Source: Podospora anserina (lineage: Eukaryota). From it: 64,000 nt of DNA. The position numbers and the translations under genes were made by a program. Of this stretch, positions 50,901-63,640 are shown piece after piece. The DNA is taken from assembly GCA_017654855.1 (NCBI GenBank), contig CM030332.1, positions 4,588,001 through 4,652,000 of the forward strand. The letters are read 5' to 3'. Positions within the stretch are counted from its first letter, which is position 1, and each line of letters starts with the position of its first letter. The notes beneath the pieces are model-generated. The model was not told the DNA's origin. It ran no database searches and was given only the letters and a program-made list of their open reading frames with translations.

Positions 50901-51568
50901 CTGTCACAACAAATTGATGATACGCTAACACATTGTAACCTAGACTTGATGAGTTTCTGCGTCGAAAATTGCGCTTGCAGCGTGTCGAGGAAGAAGTCCG
51001 ACGTCGTATCGTGCTAGGCTTCTTTGATATGTTGTACTATTCGCGACAGTTCAAGCGCCACATGCAATCGAAACAAAACGCGCGCATGACGGCTATCCCG
51101 CAGTTGGATGTGCCTGAGATTCTGGTGGACAACGAAGAGGAGCGGCGGGAACGTAATACGGTTGCGGGCGTACCAGGGGGGGCCGGTATCGGCACGCTTA
51201 CAGAAGAGGGCGCCACTCTTCTCGCTGCGGCGGCAGCTGACAACAATGGGCGGGCGCGGAGCTGGTCTGGTCTTGGAGCGGATCTGTCGTCTTATGACAC
51301 GTCCTACGGCCACCCGCTTGCTGGCCCACGGACATCAAAGCCGTCTTCCTCGGGACACCAAGCTCAGCGCAGCGGGTTCAGCTTCGACCTCCCTGACCCG
51401 GCAGACGGCGCCCAGGATGACGAGGCCACCAGTCCGATAGGGAGACGGGGTAGCTCGGTGAGCCCAGCGGTGGTTAGGGACATGTTGGACGATTCTGTGT
51501 GGGTGGAGAGCATTCGGAGAAGTGCCACGATGAGAAAGAGCGGTTGGGGACCGTCGGGGGGGTTCTAA
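44981..51568 (+). CDS. CCH1: Voltage-gated-type calcium channel alpha subunit Cch1
   Basis: Four 6-TM repeats, S4-like RMLSCLRIIRLL and KALRALRLL, pore loops SANTFSD / SSEGWTE / SQEGWTD / CGEGWNE, EF-hand-like VDPLGTGFIS; introns 49037-49099 and 50878-50943. Confidence 0.97.
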
Positions 51569-53528
51569 GCCATAATGTCAAGCTTACTGGGTATGGACTC
51601 AAAAGAGACGGTTGATCTATGGCGTTTGGGTGCGGGTTTATCTTGGCCTCATGATTTCGACGATCAAGGGAGGAGCATTGTCATTTTTTAAAGCATTGGC
51701 GCACCAGGACTTGGGGGGTTGGATTGACGTCTTCACTACCGGAACATGTGCAGATGGAAAGTATTGCTAATATTTACGATGTAGAATGGGGAACAGCCTT
51801 TCAAGAATGGTGATAGATGGAGACAAACCAACGGCTCGCGTTCTATTTTGGAATAGAAACGTTTTCAGAAGAACAGGTTCGATCACAGAGACTTCAGGCG
51901 TGGCATGGTGCACATAATAATAGGGAGATCGTAAGGGGCTCAATCATGGCGCCACCATACCGGCTGATGCGATGATGGATGGTCTTCAATGTAAGGTGAG
52001 CAGTTGTCCAAACCTGGCCCACAGCGAAACTGTTGGGAGAGGGAGGGAGGGCTATGGAAGGCCCAACCGAGAGCCATTATTTGCATATTTCCAGAAGCTT
52101 TCGAAGGTATCAAACGAAGATGGACACATTTGGTGTTTGTCAGAAATCCGTCTGAAGTAGAGAGTGGTGTGGCAAAGCGAGCTTCTGAAACAAGCCGTGC
52201 ACGCCATTTTGTTAGCACAACACAGCAACGTCAAGCCCCTGAGGTGCAGGGTCGCTGAGCCAAGGCCCCCTAACACGAGCCCGCGATGGCCATGAGGTTC
52301 CGATGTTAGTGGGTGTCTCTTTCTTGGCTGGGGAAGCTCACCTGTAACGGACGATCACACGCAGAATAGGGGGTCGACTTACTGGGCCTGGTCCCACGAC
52401 TGGTTACTTACTCGATGTTGATATTAGGGTTTGTGTGCGATGATGCGGCAAAACACTAACAGCAAGGCAGCGACCACGACGAAAGAAGCTATCGTCAAGC
52501 ACTTGGGATGCGCTTGTTGACGGCTCTGATGGCTTCCCGGCGGCGACTTCCCGGCAAATACTACTCCTGCGTCGGCGAAAATGCCAGTGATTGTGCATGT
52601 TGTTTCACGCCCAATTTTGGATGTGGGGCTCACCTGTCGATTGTTTCATGGCTGATTTGGTTGGGAGTTACAGTCTTCTTGCCCGCTGTCATGTCTAGAA
52701 CCTCGTGCTCTCAACTCTAGCAAGTCGAAGCTAGGCCTTGCTTTGCGGCCTCTTATCCCCGCGACGAGAATCCATTGTTGGGGATCCTCGGCTGCGCCAG
52801 ATTGATGTGCAATTGAGCAGCATGTCTTCAAGGGCGATCGCATAAGAGTCATGGTGTTGAGTCTGGGTGAGCTCCCTTCTTAAGGGACACCCATCCCAGC
52901 AACGTGCATAACAGATGTTCTTGCAGTTCCTGTTACCCACACTTTCGACTAATCCACTCCGGTTCTTTTCTATCCGTCCGAGCTAGGCTGTGCTTACTCC
53001 TGCATTGTTTTGTATCCTACCGTCCCGTGGGGCACCATTTCTCACCTTTTTTTCTTTCTCTTGTGGCCCTTGCAGTCGTCCCAAATCGGACCCAGGCTCT
53101 CCCTCGCCCCCCTTGTCGACGTTGCAGGACCCCTGGCGGACTCCCCTTGCAACACCACTCAGGTCCCTCACCTTTCCCCCTCAACATACAACATCAACTC
53201 CTGATTACTTAAAGTGAGCGGTTTCCCAGCTCGGAATCTTAGGAGAGAGTCTTTGTGTTTGTCCCCCTCGGCCTTCCCAAAACCGGTGCTAACTACCAAG
53301 AGGCAGTTTTGCCAAATCTTCGTCGTGATCTTCTAGATCGTCCCGTCTTTTAAGAAATCACAATAAATAAGCCTTTGGCTTCACCCAACATTCGCTTTTG
53401 ACAAGCCTTGCCTCATTCACTTCTTCAGGCTGTGCCTCCTCAACTTTATCTCAAACGACCTTTAAGACCACAACACCAACATTCTTTCTCACCCAACCTC
53501 ACCAACCCTCCATTCTTCCACCGTCAAG

Positions 53529-53810
53529 ATGCATTCCCCTTCCCGCTTCCAGACCATCGCGGCCCGCTTCTCGCCTCACAAGCTTCGCACCTCGTTCCGC
53601 CGGTCCTCCTCTGCTTCCACCTCTTCCCGTGCCAGCAGTGACCGGATGTCGTTCACATCACAAGCCAGCTCCCCAGTCGAGACAATCAACAGCATTGTGC
53701 TCCGCCAGAAATCGTTCGACCTGGACGGCGATGAGAAGGACCTGTTTGTCCTCGAGCCGAGACCGGCCGCCACGTTTTGCAGTCTTGAGGCTCGCATGTC
53801 GTCCTTTTAA
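53529..53810 (+). CDS. Small (93 aa) hypothetical protein
   Basis: CAAGATG start context, C-ending codon bias, pyrimidine-rich leader with a candidate 5'UTR intron 53214-53306 (GTGAGC..GCTAAC..CAG); C-terminal VLEPRP....LEARMSSF. Confidence 0.6.
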   Translation: MHSPSRFQTIAARFSPHKLRTSFRRSSSASTSSRASSDRMSFTSQASSPVETINSIVLRQKSFDLDGDEKDLFVLEPRPAATFCSLEARMSSF

Positions 53811-53831
53811 GTTGGGGGAATGGCACGCACG

Positions 53832-53908
53832 CACACACACACACACACACACACATGGCGTGGATTACACCAACACAGACACATGGCGTGGATTACACCA
53901 ACACAGAC
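53832..53908 (+). repeat. (CA)12 microsatellite followed by a perfect 28-bp tandem duplication
   Basis: acatggcgtggattacaccaacacagac at 53853-53880 and 53881-53908. Confidence 0.95.
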
Positions 53909-56455
53909 ACAACGCACACACACAAATGAAACGATTCTTACGACGACGACGCAACAACACACCACGCGGCACTGGGAAGTGGCAAGTTTATTTTATGAGC
54001 AAAACAAGGGGGAAAAAAGAGGTGGATAATGGTCTTCCAGTGCTGGAACTCCGACATATACACAACATCTTTCACCCAGTCCTCTACATCACTTTTTCAC
54101 GACACCCATTTTTTTATACGAAAGTTTTAGGGATTATGGTTTTTACGGGCGGACTGACACACGGACGGATGATGCCGACAAAGATACCGGCCGGCGTTTT
54201 CTTTTGGGAGCAAGAGTCATGAAGAGATTTGTTTTATGGCTCAGGCTATTGGTAGCTGATTTTTGGGATATATTTTGGGGTATCTTTTTCTGGAGCAAAG
54301 GCAATGCCACACCCCGTAGAAAAGGGGGTGGGTGGCTGCCGTGCATGTTTAATGCTTTTCTACGCTTGTGTGAGAAAGTTGGTCCTGATATGGTTTTGTC
54401 AGACTGGCCTTCTTGCATCTAGTCTTGCGACAAACTTCAATCAAAAATCTGGCTTTATTTGCAGTCTTTGAAACTAGCACAACTCTTGGACCGTTTCTCT
54501 CTCTCTCTCCTTTTGCTTGTGATCTTGGGTTTGATGCAGTGGTTACCGTCGGCTATGTGAAGAGGAATGTTGTGCGCGCATGGACAGCAGCGGGATGCAG
54601 GTCAAGATGCGATGCATTGCAGATGCAAGACAGACTTCTCGTCTGAGCATGCAAGGCACCGATCGATCGTTCTGGGCTTGAGCTCTCGAACTCCTCATTG
54701 TTGCCACTGTCTCGGTTCCTGTCTGAGGTTCCTGAAGCAAGCACAAAGTTCGAAACACCGATGGGCACTTTTGGATTTTGGTTAAGGGACGGAGATCGGA
54801 GACGGGGATTGGTCTCGGATTGCGGGGCCGGAGAACCCAACTGTAAAGCCGATATAGGTGTGTGGCCGGGCCTCTCCGCTCTGGCGTTGTCGCGCTTCAC
54901 CGCAACGAAAAGTCTCCAAAACCTCTTCCGAGGAGGAGGTTGGTCTCGGCTTTGCGAAAGGGACGAAAAACAGACGTGCAGCGGACGAGATAAGATTTTG
55001 ATCTAACTTGATCCAGGGCTTCCATGTGGGACCACCAAAAGGCCAGCGAACGAGACGTCTTTCTCGGCGCTTACACAATTTATCGTGTGTTGGGCCACTC
55101 AGAGATGAGACTGCACATTTGAGCAAATCCAAGAAGACGGTGGAGGTTTTGTACAGCTGGCAATTCCACCCCTGTGTTCCCCAAACAGGGCGAGCAAATC
55201 CGGGGCGTTGCTCTCGCCTTGTTGCACCTGCGAGATGGGGACCAGCATGTGCCTGGTGACCAGCTAGACGTACGTAAGTGGGAGCCGATGCAAGCGTGGG
55301 TCGGGCACCAAAGGGGGAGAATGTTCGAGGGCACCTCCCACGGGCAGATTAAGGTTGAACCACTGGCAGTGGCGGTAGGTAGGTAGGCGGTGCGGGTGCA
55401 GACACTGCCATGACATGTTCTTTCCCACCTTGATCGCATTCTGCATCAATCCTATTGGAGCCGGTTGAGACTAGACATGACACTGCTTCCTGTTTACTTA
55501 AGATCGATGGGAAACCCCGAACCACTGTCTATCATGACGCTCCTGGCCAGACACTCCCCTGGCTCTGCTGCTCTCACCTCACTGATCAAACATCTCCGCC
55601 GATCTGGCATCATCGACATCCTCATCTCTTGGAGAGCATCCACAGTTTACTGTATTGTCTCCCCAATATCAATTCTGAAAACAGTCCCACGGAATTCAGC
55701 CGCTCGTCTGAGGAACACAGTCCGGAGGGTCTATCGCAGCAACAGATCAAAGATGGCAGGACCACAGACAAAACCTTTGCCAAAGGGCCGGCAATCCTAC
55801 ACTGCTCGTGAAACAACACCAATGTCGACGACAACAAAAGGAAGGATGATGGATTCCAGGGTGATGAAGCGGCAAAGCCGAACTGCCATAACGAAGAGAC
55901 AGAAAGTGTCAGTTGTAGCATCACATTGCAGTCCGCATCCAAGACACAAAAGTAAGCACTTCTTTCAGATCTCACTTTTGCATCTTGAAGAAGCATTGTT
56001 TTCTGTCTCTTTTCATCGGTGTTTTGGCTCTTCATCAGTGTGAGCTGTGCCTTTAGTTTACTGTTTCTCTGGTTTTCGTCCGAGCTATTATGTTGCTCTC
56101 TGCGTCAACAAAGCCTTGTAGGCTGGAAGAGCAACTTGTTCACGTGTGGGCCTTCCGGCGGCGACAAGTGAATAGAATGGTTCTCTCTAGTACTATTGTT
56201 TGTTCAAGTGAATAGCCCTCAGTCACGCCAAACCTCTGCCTTTTCAGTCCTCCCACTTTTTCACCCATCAAGTTTCGCCGGAGCTGTCACTGCCAGCAAA
56301 CTCCAACTGCCAAATTACGTCCACTGCTTCTGCTTTTGCGTTGCAGTTTTCTTCGTCCTTTCTCAGCAAACACGCAGAATTCGACGAGTCGCTAACGAAG
56401 GACCATCGAAAATACAGATCTCGAGGACTTCCTCACAACCAAGATCTTCCCAGAC

Positions 56456-57352
56456 ATGTATCTAGGCAACTTCGTGAACATCCTTCAGTTCAGCCACCAG
56501 GGAGTCGCAGCCCAGGGCTCTTCTGATTTTGATCCCAAGACCCAGCTATCGTCTCGACGCGGCAACCCTTGCTCGTTCCGCACGCTTCTCAATGACGGCG
56601 CTTCATCTTGCGATTCTCTCAGCAGCAGCACCTTTGAGGAGTTGGACAGTGGAGACATTCGATTTGACGACTCCGAGTGTATCTCTATCGGCCGCACCCT
56701 AGGGAACGTCCCAAACCATCAGTTGCAGAAGCGTGTGGACAGCGGCATTGTTCTTGAGACGCAAGGTCGTAATCATTACTCAGTTCCCGCGGACCTTCTT
56801 GCGCCGGAAAGTGAGCACGGTGACGAAACCATGGGCGACTATAGCTGTATTGAGCAAGATATCGACATGGCGATCTGTTCACCCATCTTCACTACACAAG
56901 ACCACACGTTCAAGCGATCATTCAGCGCCAACGAGTTCCCGGCCGCCAGCAACCTGTCAGGCGTTTCAGAATCCGACAGGCAGGTGTTTGGCTCAATGGA
57001 GGCAATGAACATGCCATTCTCCTTGAACGAACCCGTTTTGAGAAGACACAAAAGATTCCCTTTCCGCGACCACGATGCCGCCAAGGACGATGAGGACGAT
57101 GACATGTCCATCATTTCCGACTTCTCGCTCATTCCCAGCTACCCCCCTGGCGGAATCGACCAACAGTACAAAGTCAAAGTCAAAGTCGGCCGGGCAACCT
57201 TTAAGCGACTTCTCAAGATCCAGGCGAAGGTTGCCACCAAGACTGTTCGCCATATCAAGCGATCCTGTCGCGAGGCCATGGGGCAGGCTTTTGACCATTC
57301 CAGCCCCGTCTATAAACCGGCTACCTGTGTCCGTGTTGGGGGTGCCTGTTAA
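56456..57352 (+). CDS. Orphan hypothetical protein (298 aa; possibly 5'-extended by an upstream exon)
   Basis: Long open frame with coding-like composition (acidic patch, basic C-terminal helix); no recognisable domain. Confidence 0.55.
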   Translation: MYLGNFVNILQFSHQGVAAQGSSDFDPKTQLSSRRGNPCSFRTLLNDGASSCDSLSSSTFEELDSGDIRFDDSECISIGRTLGNVPNHQLQKRVDSGIVLETQGRNHYSVPADLLAPESEHGDETMGDYSCIEQDIDMAICSPIFTTQDHTFKRSFSANEFPAASNLSGVSESDRQVFGSMEAMNMPFSLNEPVLRRHKRFPFRDHDAAKDDEDDDMSIISDFSLIPSYPPGGIDQQYKVKVKVGRATFKRLLKIQAKVATKTVRHIKRSCREAMGQAFDHSSPVYKPATCVRVGGAC

Positions 57353-59598
57353 GCTGAGGAGAAACACAGCAGCTGTCGATGTACAATAATTTTGGAGTTT
57401 TGTTATTGCACAAGAGTCACTCGCTATTTATCACCCACCTCATTTTTGGACTCACCACACCTATCACCCAGCACCAAGACCTGAATGCGACTGCTCGGCA
57501 CAATACAGTACCAACCGAGATCCCGATATCATGATATCACAGCATGTCACAGCCAAGGACTACGCGCAAGGGATGGCAAATCCGTCAAGTAGAGCACCAT
57601 GAAGAAGCAAGTGTATCATCCACTGGCTTTTTTGCCTCGTTTTCCGGTTTGACAATGGCGCTGGATTCTCGCCAGCATCACCGCAGTCAAGATGCCAGAT
57701 ACTGGACCCCGGACAGCTGTGGCCTTTACCGAGGAGGATCCTACGATATTCAAACCGTACAATACAGAGAAGAGCGCAATGGAGCAAGCACCGGCTATTG
57801 TGCAAGGAGCGAAGGAACGGCATGGGAGGGGGAATTGGCATGAAGAGGGACAAAAAGCGAATTTGGGAGACTCGCAAGGAGAGGAAACTTTCGGGCGGAG
57901 AATGGGAGTGAGGTTGGAGAGTAGAGGGAGGGAGGGAGAGCTACAACAGCGATCAAACGGTCCTCTGCTTCACAAAGGGAACAACCCACAGCGGTCATTC
58001 TCCATCCTCTCGCTGCTCGCTTTTCCTTCGCGGTTCGATTCGTTTTTCTTTCTCTTTTGTGTTATTGCGCAGCATCCCTTTGGGAATGGGTTTTACCACT
58101 TGGGCATCGGTTATCGGAGTTTGGTCGGGCTGGGTTGGATTGGGCATGGAAAAGTACATTTGATACCCCCTTGTTGATATTCTAGAGAATTCACTTGCTT
58201 TTCTTTTTTGCTTTTACCCCTTGGTTTTGCATGTTGTGCTTTTGCCATTTGATAGGCTATTTTTTTTATTCTTTTTTTTTGGCGGGGGGGGGAAGCACTG
58301 GATGGTTGTGACGGTATGGCACCTAAGGCAGCTAAACATATCCTGATGTTGAATAGTGACCATAGGCATAATAGTAATACATTGACGATTTAAGTTGTGA
58401 TGAATGCCATCTTGCTTTGGGTGCTGCATGTCAACCCACCCCACGTCTGCGGTTAAAGAACAAGACAACCTCCTGTCTCGCAGAATGTCCAGTTCGATCA
58501 TCACAAGTAAACTTCTTTAGGTTGTTGCGGCTTCATGATACTGACTGGCCTGCACCCCTTCACAGCATCGCGGTATTCCTCAGTGTTCGTAACTCTCCCT
58601 CTCTTCTCTGTGATCTATCTCTGTACACATATACATACACTTCCACCCAGCCCCCTCTTGCCACATCATCATTAACCCTGTCTGCCTTCAAAAAAACAAC
58701 AGAAACACGCAGAAACACAACAAACACAATCCCCAAAAACACCAATGTACAATGCAATGCTTTCATTCCCGATGCTGCCGTCCAGAAACCCATCATCGCC
58801 TACAAGTAAACCGACAGACAGACAGATACTATATGTACACGATTTTTTTACCCCCTCACCAACCCCCCGTTGCGGCCTCTCCACTTTCCTATCCCTTCTT
58901 TCCTGTGCCTGTGTGAAAGATATGTGTACCCTTTCTTCCTTTCCTTCCTTCTTCCTAATAAGTCTGCTCCTTTCTCCGCCCGTTTCCCCTGCTGTCCCAA
59001 ATCTTGTCCGGAACCGCTTCCAATGTGCCATTAACATGCAACGATAGAAGCAACCGGGGAGAGAGCGAGAGACCCCATCCAAATCTCCGGTTCTAATCGG
59101 TGTCGTTGCTGTCCCCCTGAACAGAACGACGACGAGATTCCAGCGATAGCAAAGCTGAGGGGGGAAGAACAAAGTCATGGTACAAAAATCATGACAACGA
59201 GCAAACTAGGTAATAAAACAAACCAGACCCGAAACACCATCCCGTCTGCCCCAAGACACCGGGCGCCGCCGCGATAAAAATCGACTTTGTGACAAAAAAT
59301 AAGAACGATGAACAAAAACCCTGCCCATGCCGTATGAAAAAAGAAGTAAAGACGCACGGCTGTGATACTGAAAGACGCCTCCGCCAATTAACCTTCAGTG
59401 GATATCCGTGATGATGAAGTGACGATAGCAAAAACACCCACGCCTGTCGTGGCCGGGTGTCCAAAAAATCTAGATGCCGAACATGGAACCATGATCTACA
59501 GCTAATCATGACGTGTCGTCAATGCGCCGAATCCAACCACAGAGTGGTATCCTGAGACTGTACCAGACTGGACATCAGAGGTTTAGAAGGGCCAACAG

Positions 59599-61237
59599 TT
59601 AGGCATCGTCCGAGATTTGGTCGACCGTTAACCCAAGGTTTTGGATCCCAAGCAGACCGGCCTGCTTCTTACCCCAAGCGCGAGTCACGATGGATGCTAT
59701 GCGCAAAGTCAGCATGTGCTTCAACAGAGCATGAAATGATTGGACACTCACCCTTGAGGAACTTCTTGCTCGCGTATTTCTTGAAGAACGCCTCATGGCA
59801 GACGGGGCGGGCTAGGTAGTCCACCATCAAGCGATAAACGGGGTCAATTTCCGCCTCAGTGTAGCCGGCATAGTAGGCCAATGTCTCGTCCTACAATTGA
59901 GTCAGTTAGATGTATACACGATCGCAAAGTCCTAAGGGAGGCTTACCCATTCTCCACGGTTCAGGCACATGCGCGCGCAGTACATAGCAGCGGCGGCAAT
60001 GTGGCTGGGGCGGTAGGCCATGAACCGATGGTCCAGCAAGCTGATCTCCATAAGATACTTGCCAAGAGTGCGGGAGTGGATGTCGTAGTTGTCAGCCTTG
60101 GAAATGCGACGGAGGAAGTTCATTGGGTTGGGGTAGCTGAGGTCGTAGTTGAGGGTTTGCAGAACGAATCTCTCGGCACTCAAGATCTCGGCCTCGCTGA
60201 ATCCATCGTCGGCGACGTGACGGAAGTTGGCAATGTGGGGTGAGAGAACCTCCTCGTACTTGGAAGCGATGAACATGGCGGTAATGCCAACGAGCTGAAG
60301 ACGGTCGAGCTGCACAACCTTTTCGGACAGGAAGCGGTCGATGATGTTGACGGCAAGGAAGAGGGTCTCGGGCAGGAGATGGAAGCGAGTGTGAACCTCG
60401 ACAAGCCAGTCGATCAAGATGCCGCGCGTCTTCCACTCCAAATCATCCTGGTGGTCCATGTAGTGGGGGTTGGGGACCGAGTTGCATTCCAGATCGCGCA
60501 GGTACTCGAAAATGTCGTTAGCATATTCGGCGACCATGAGCGGGTCATCGTAGTCCTCGCGGTCGAGATCCTCGACACCTTCGGGGAAGACATGCTCGGC
60601 AGGTTCGGCAGCAACGGGCGCGGGGACAGCCTCTTTGCGGCGGAGATCCTCCTCGATGTTGGAGCTCTTGACGCGGAAAGACTCCTCAACCTTGGTCTTC
60701 TTCTCAGCCTCGAGCGTGTGCACCTTCTTGGGGGCCGGCTCGCTCTCCTCTGTAACACGCTCCTTCACCGCAGCGCTGGCTGCAGTAGATGTGACCTTCC
60801 TCTTCAAGGGACCAATGGCGCCGGCACCAGTTTTCGAGACGACTTTTGTGTTGTTGGCTTTCTCCTTGAGAGGAACAGCAGCTGAACGAGTTGTCGCAGT
60901 TGTTCTCTTCTGAACGCCAGCGGTGGCCTTGGGAGCGAGAGCAGCCTTTGCTGGCTTCTTGGCCTCGGCAGCATCGCCCTTCGTCGCATTAGTGACATCA
61001 CCCAAAGCATTACGCTTCCGCGTGGGGTTGGCGGCGACAGTGGTCTTCTTGGACTGCAATCCCTTGGAGACCAGCTCGTCCACCTTCAAGGTAGCGGCCT
61101 TGGCACGAGTAAGACGCGTCGTATCAGTGCTGTTCTCGTCGTTTTCGTTCGCTACCGAACGAAGGTTTCTTGTCCTCTAATGATGATGTTAGGATGAGGT
61201 CCTGGCAGGAACAGGATGTGGTAGTACTCACAACCAT
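59599..61237 (-). CDS. nimE: G2/mitotic B-type cyclin (NimE/Cdc13-like)
   Basis: D-box RNALGDVTN, cyclin box RGILIDWLVEVH..LLPETLFLAVNIIDRFLS..LQLVG..ASKYEE; introns 61177-61231, 59891-59946, 59697-59751. Confidence 0.96.
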
Positions 61238-61429
61238 CTTGGCTGATATGATCCGAGATAAGTCAATCGAATGTTAGGTAGAGCTGGATGCAAAGAGTGA
61301 GTCGGTCGGTTCCCAACGCGTCGGCACAAGCAAATGGACAAGTGAGGAAGAGGTCGAGCACAGCAGTGGGAATTGGATTGGCGTACAGTGGTCCCTTAAA
61401 TGACGCGACAAATAGGAAAGGGCAGAGTA

Positions 61430-61434
<5 letters not shown>

Positions 61435-61469
<35 letters not shown>

Positions 61470-61479
61470 GGTGGGTGGG
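61435..61479 (+). repeat. (GT)13 followed by (GGGT)4GGG
   Basis: Read directly; ~200 bp upstream of the cyclin B ATG. Confidence 0.9.
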
Positions 61480-62439
61480 ACTGAAAGTAAACAAAAGGAA
61501 GGGCGAGGCTTACCAAAGATGCTGGGGATAACGAACAACACGGGCAGGCGGCGTGTCTTCTGGTGGATATGCCTAGGAAAATCGGGAGTCGTGGTGACGG
61601 GGGCCCAGTCGTTGATTTGCTGTCGGAGTTGAGAGTCGAGATCACGGATTGGCGACGCGTTCCTGGGTCAAAAGGAGAACACTCGAGTTGATCACGACGA
61701 CAGACAGCCTGCCACGGTCGATGGCGGTGCCAATGGTGGAAGCGTTGCTGGGTAGTGGGTGGAGGTCTTTGGGTATGGGAAAGAGAGGATGTTGACAGAG
61801 CTGTCTTGTTTTTAAGAACTTGAATGTGGAGGTTGATGGCAGAGTGGGACCTCCAGGGTTCGCGAGCCCAAATCAGAACGCGGTCGTAGCAGAGTCAAAG
61901 GGACGCGGTGTCCTGCACTGAGCCAGCGGCTGCCGGAGCAACAGCGGTCAGAAAACGGCCTGATTGGCTGCGGCCACTGGAACGCGCGAGAGCAAGTCCT
62001 TGGCGCCCCACCATGACTTTCCCTCAACCCTGCCAATCCAGGGTTATGTATGTCTCTGTCGCGGGAGGGGCATCCAACTTTGATCCAGCTGTCTGCGCAT
62101 CGCAAGGGCGAACGCGCCGACCCACTTCCCGGTGCACAAGCCAGCAGAACTAGCCACAGAGCCACACAACCCAAGCCACATTTTCCGCCAAGCATCGAGC
62201 TTCCCACGCAAAAATCCCAGCATCTCGGGTGGTTATTTGAAGGCTAGGTATACAGAGATCCCCCGACGAGCTCCCCGACACCTCGCAGCCCATTGGCTGC
62301 TTCCAGTCTTTCCAAGGCCCATACGGAGTCTTTTCAATGTCCCGGCTTTGACTCCGGATCTCAACCTGCTTTCGCCTTGCGAACACCCCCCCGAGCTCCC
62401 CCGCGGAGCCCTATCCAGGACACATCTATACCATACCTA

Positions 62440-63640
62440 ATGTTGCGATCGCAATTTCGGCCTTTGGCCGCCGGTGTGTCCGCCTTCTGCCAGAGCAGCC
62501 TCCGACTGGCTGCCCTGAGGGGATATGCGACCCAAGTAAGGAGCAACCACGACAGCGATGCCTCGACAGCCCTCTCCGGTGCTGGCTCGCAAGCCGATTA
62601 CGAGCCTGTAAAGATGCGAACATACAAGCCAAGGACACCCAGTCTTCGTCATCTCAAACGTCCGATCAACGATCATCTCTGGAAGGGGAGGCCGTATTTG
62701 CCTCTGACCTTCCCCAAGAAGGGGCACGGCAAAGGCGGTAGAAATAACCAGGGTGTTATCACAGTTAGACATCGTGGAGGTGGTCACAAGCGGAGGATTC
62801 GTACTGTCGATTTTGAGAGATGGGCACCTGGGCCACACCTTGTTGAGCGCATTGAATACGACCCCGGCCGGAGTGCGCACATTGCCCTGCTGACACGCAA
62901 GGCAAACGGCAAGAAGACCTACATTGTGGCGGCGGAAGGCATGAGGGCTGGAGACGTCGTTCAAAGCTACCGGCAGGGTATCCCCAAGGACCTCCTCGAC
63001 AGCATGGGTGGTGTTATCGATCCAGGTGTGTTGGCTTCCAAAACGGCGTGGAGGGGCAATTGCTTGCCAATGCACATGATTCCTGTTGGAACCAATGTCT
63101 TCAATGTTGGCTCCCAGGCGAAGGGTGGTGCTGTGTTCTGCCGCAGCGCCGGCACCTATGCCACAGTCATCTCGAAGGAGGAAGAGACTCGCGAAGACGG
63201 CAGCAAGGTCGTGACGGGTAGATTCGTCGTTGTCCGGTTACAAAGTGGTGAAATTCGCAGGGTCAGCAAGGATGCTTGCGCCACGATTGGTGTTGCTAGC
63301 AACGTGATGCATCACTACAGACAGCTGGGCAAGGCCGGAAGAAAACGTTGGCTGAATATCAGGCCGACAGTTCGTGGTTTGGCCATGAACGCATGTAAGC
63401 AGCACCTCTCCCCCCCAAGGCAATCTTGTCCCGTCAGCGTGATCACTAACATTCAGGCCAGTCGAACATCCCCACGGTGGCGGTCGTGGTAAGTCGAAGG
63501 GTAACAGAATTCCCACAAGTCCCTGGGGTACACCATCCAAGGGTGGTTTCAAGACCCGCCGGAAGAGCAACATCAACAAATGGGTGGTCACTCCCCGTGT
63601 CCGGAACATGGGCAAGCGGAGAGACAAGAAGACTGCCTAA
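62440..63640 (+). CDS. RML2: Mitochondrial 54S ribosomal protein L2 (uL2m)
   Basis: Mitochondrial presequence-like [66 protein letters not shown] across intron 63395-63461; stop TAA 63638-63640. Confidence 0.96.

Noticed and set aside
51841..51858. Short inverted repeat TTCTATT-TTGG-AATAGAA after CCH1
   Set aside because: A 7-bp AT-rich stem is expected by chance; bacterial-type terminators are not relevant here.
53853..53908. 28-bp repeat as a CRISPR-like array
   Set aside because: Only two adjacent copies with no spacer, in a eukaryotic context; a simple slippage duplication.
53398..54222. 274-aa ORF overlapping the small protein
   Set aside because: TTG start; translates the CA repeat (THTHTH) and AT-rich UTR-like sequence.
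57544..59178. Several 100-170-aa ORFs between the orphan gene and cyclin B
   Set aside because: Low-complexity, UTR-like composition with homopolymer runs; no recognisable motifs.
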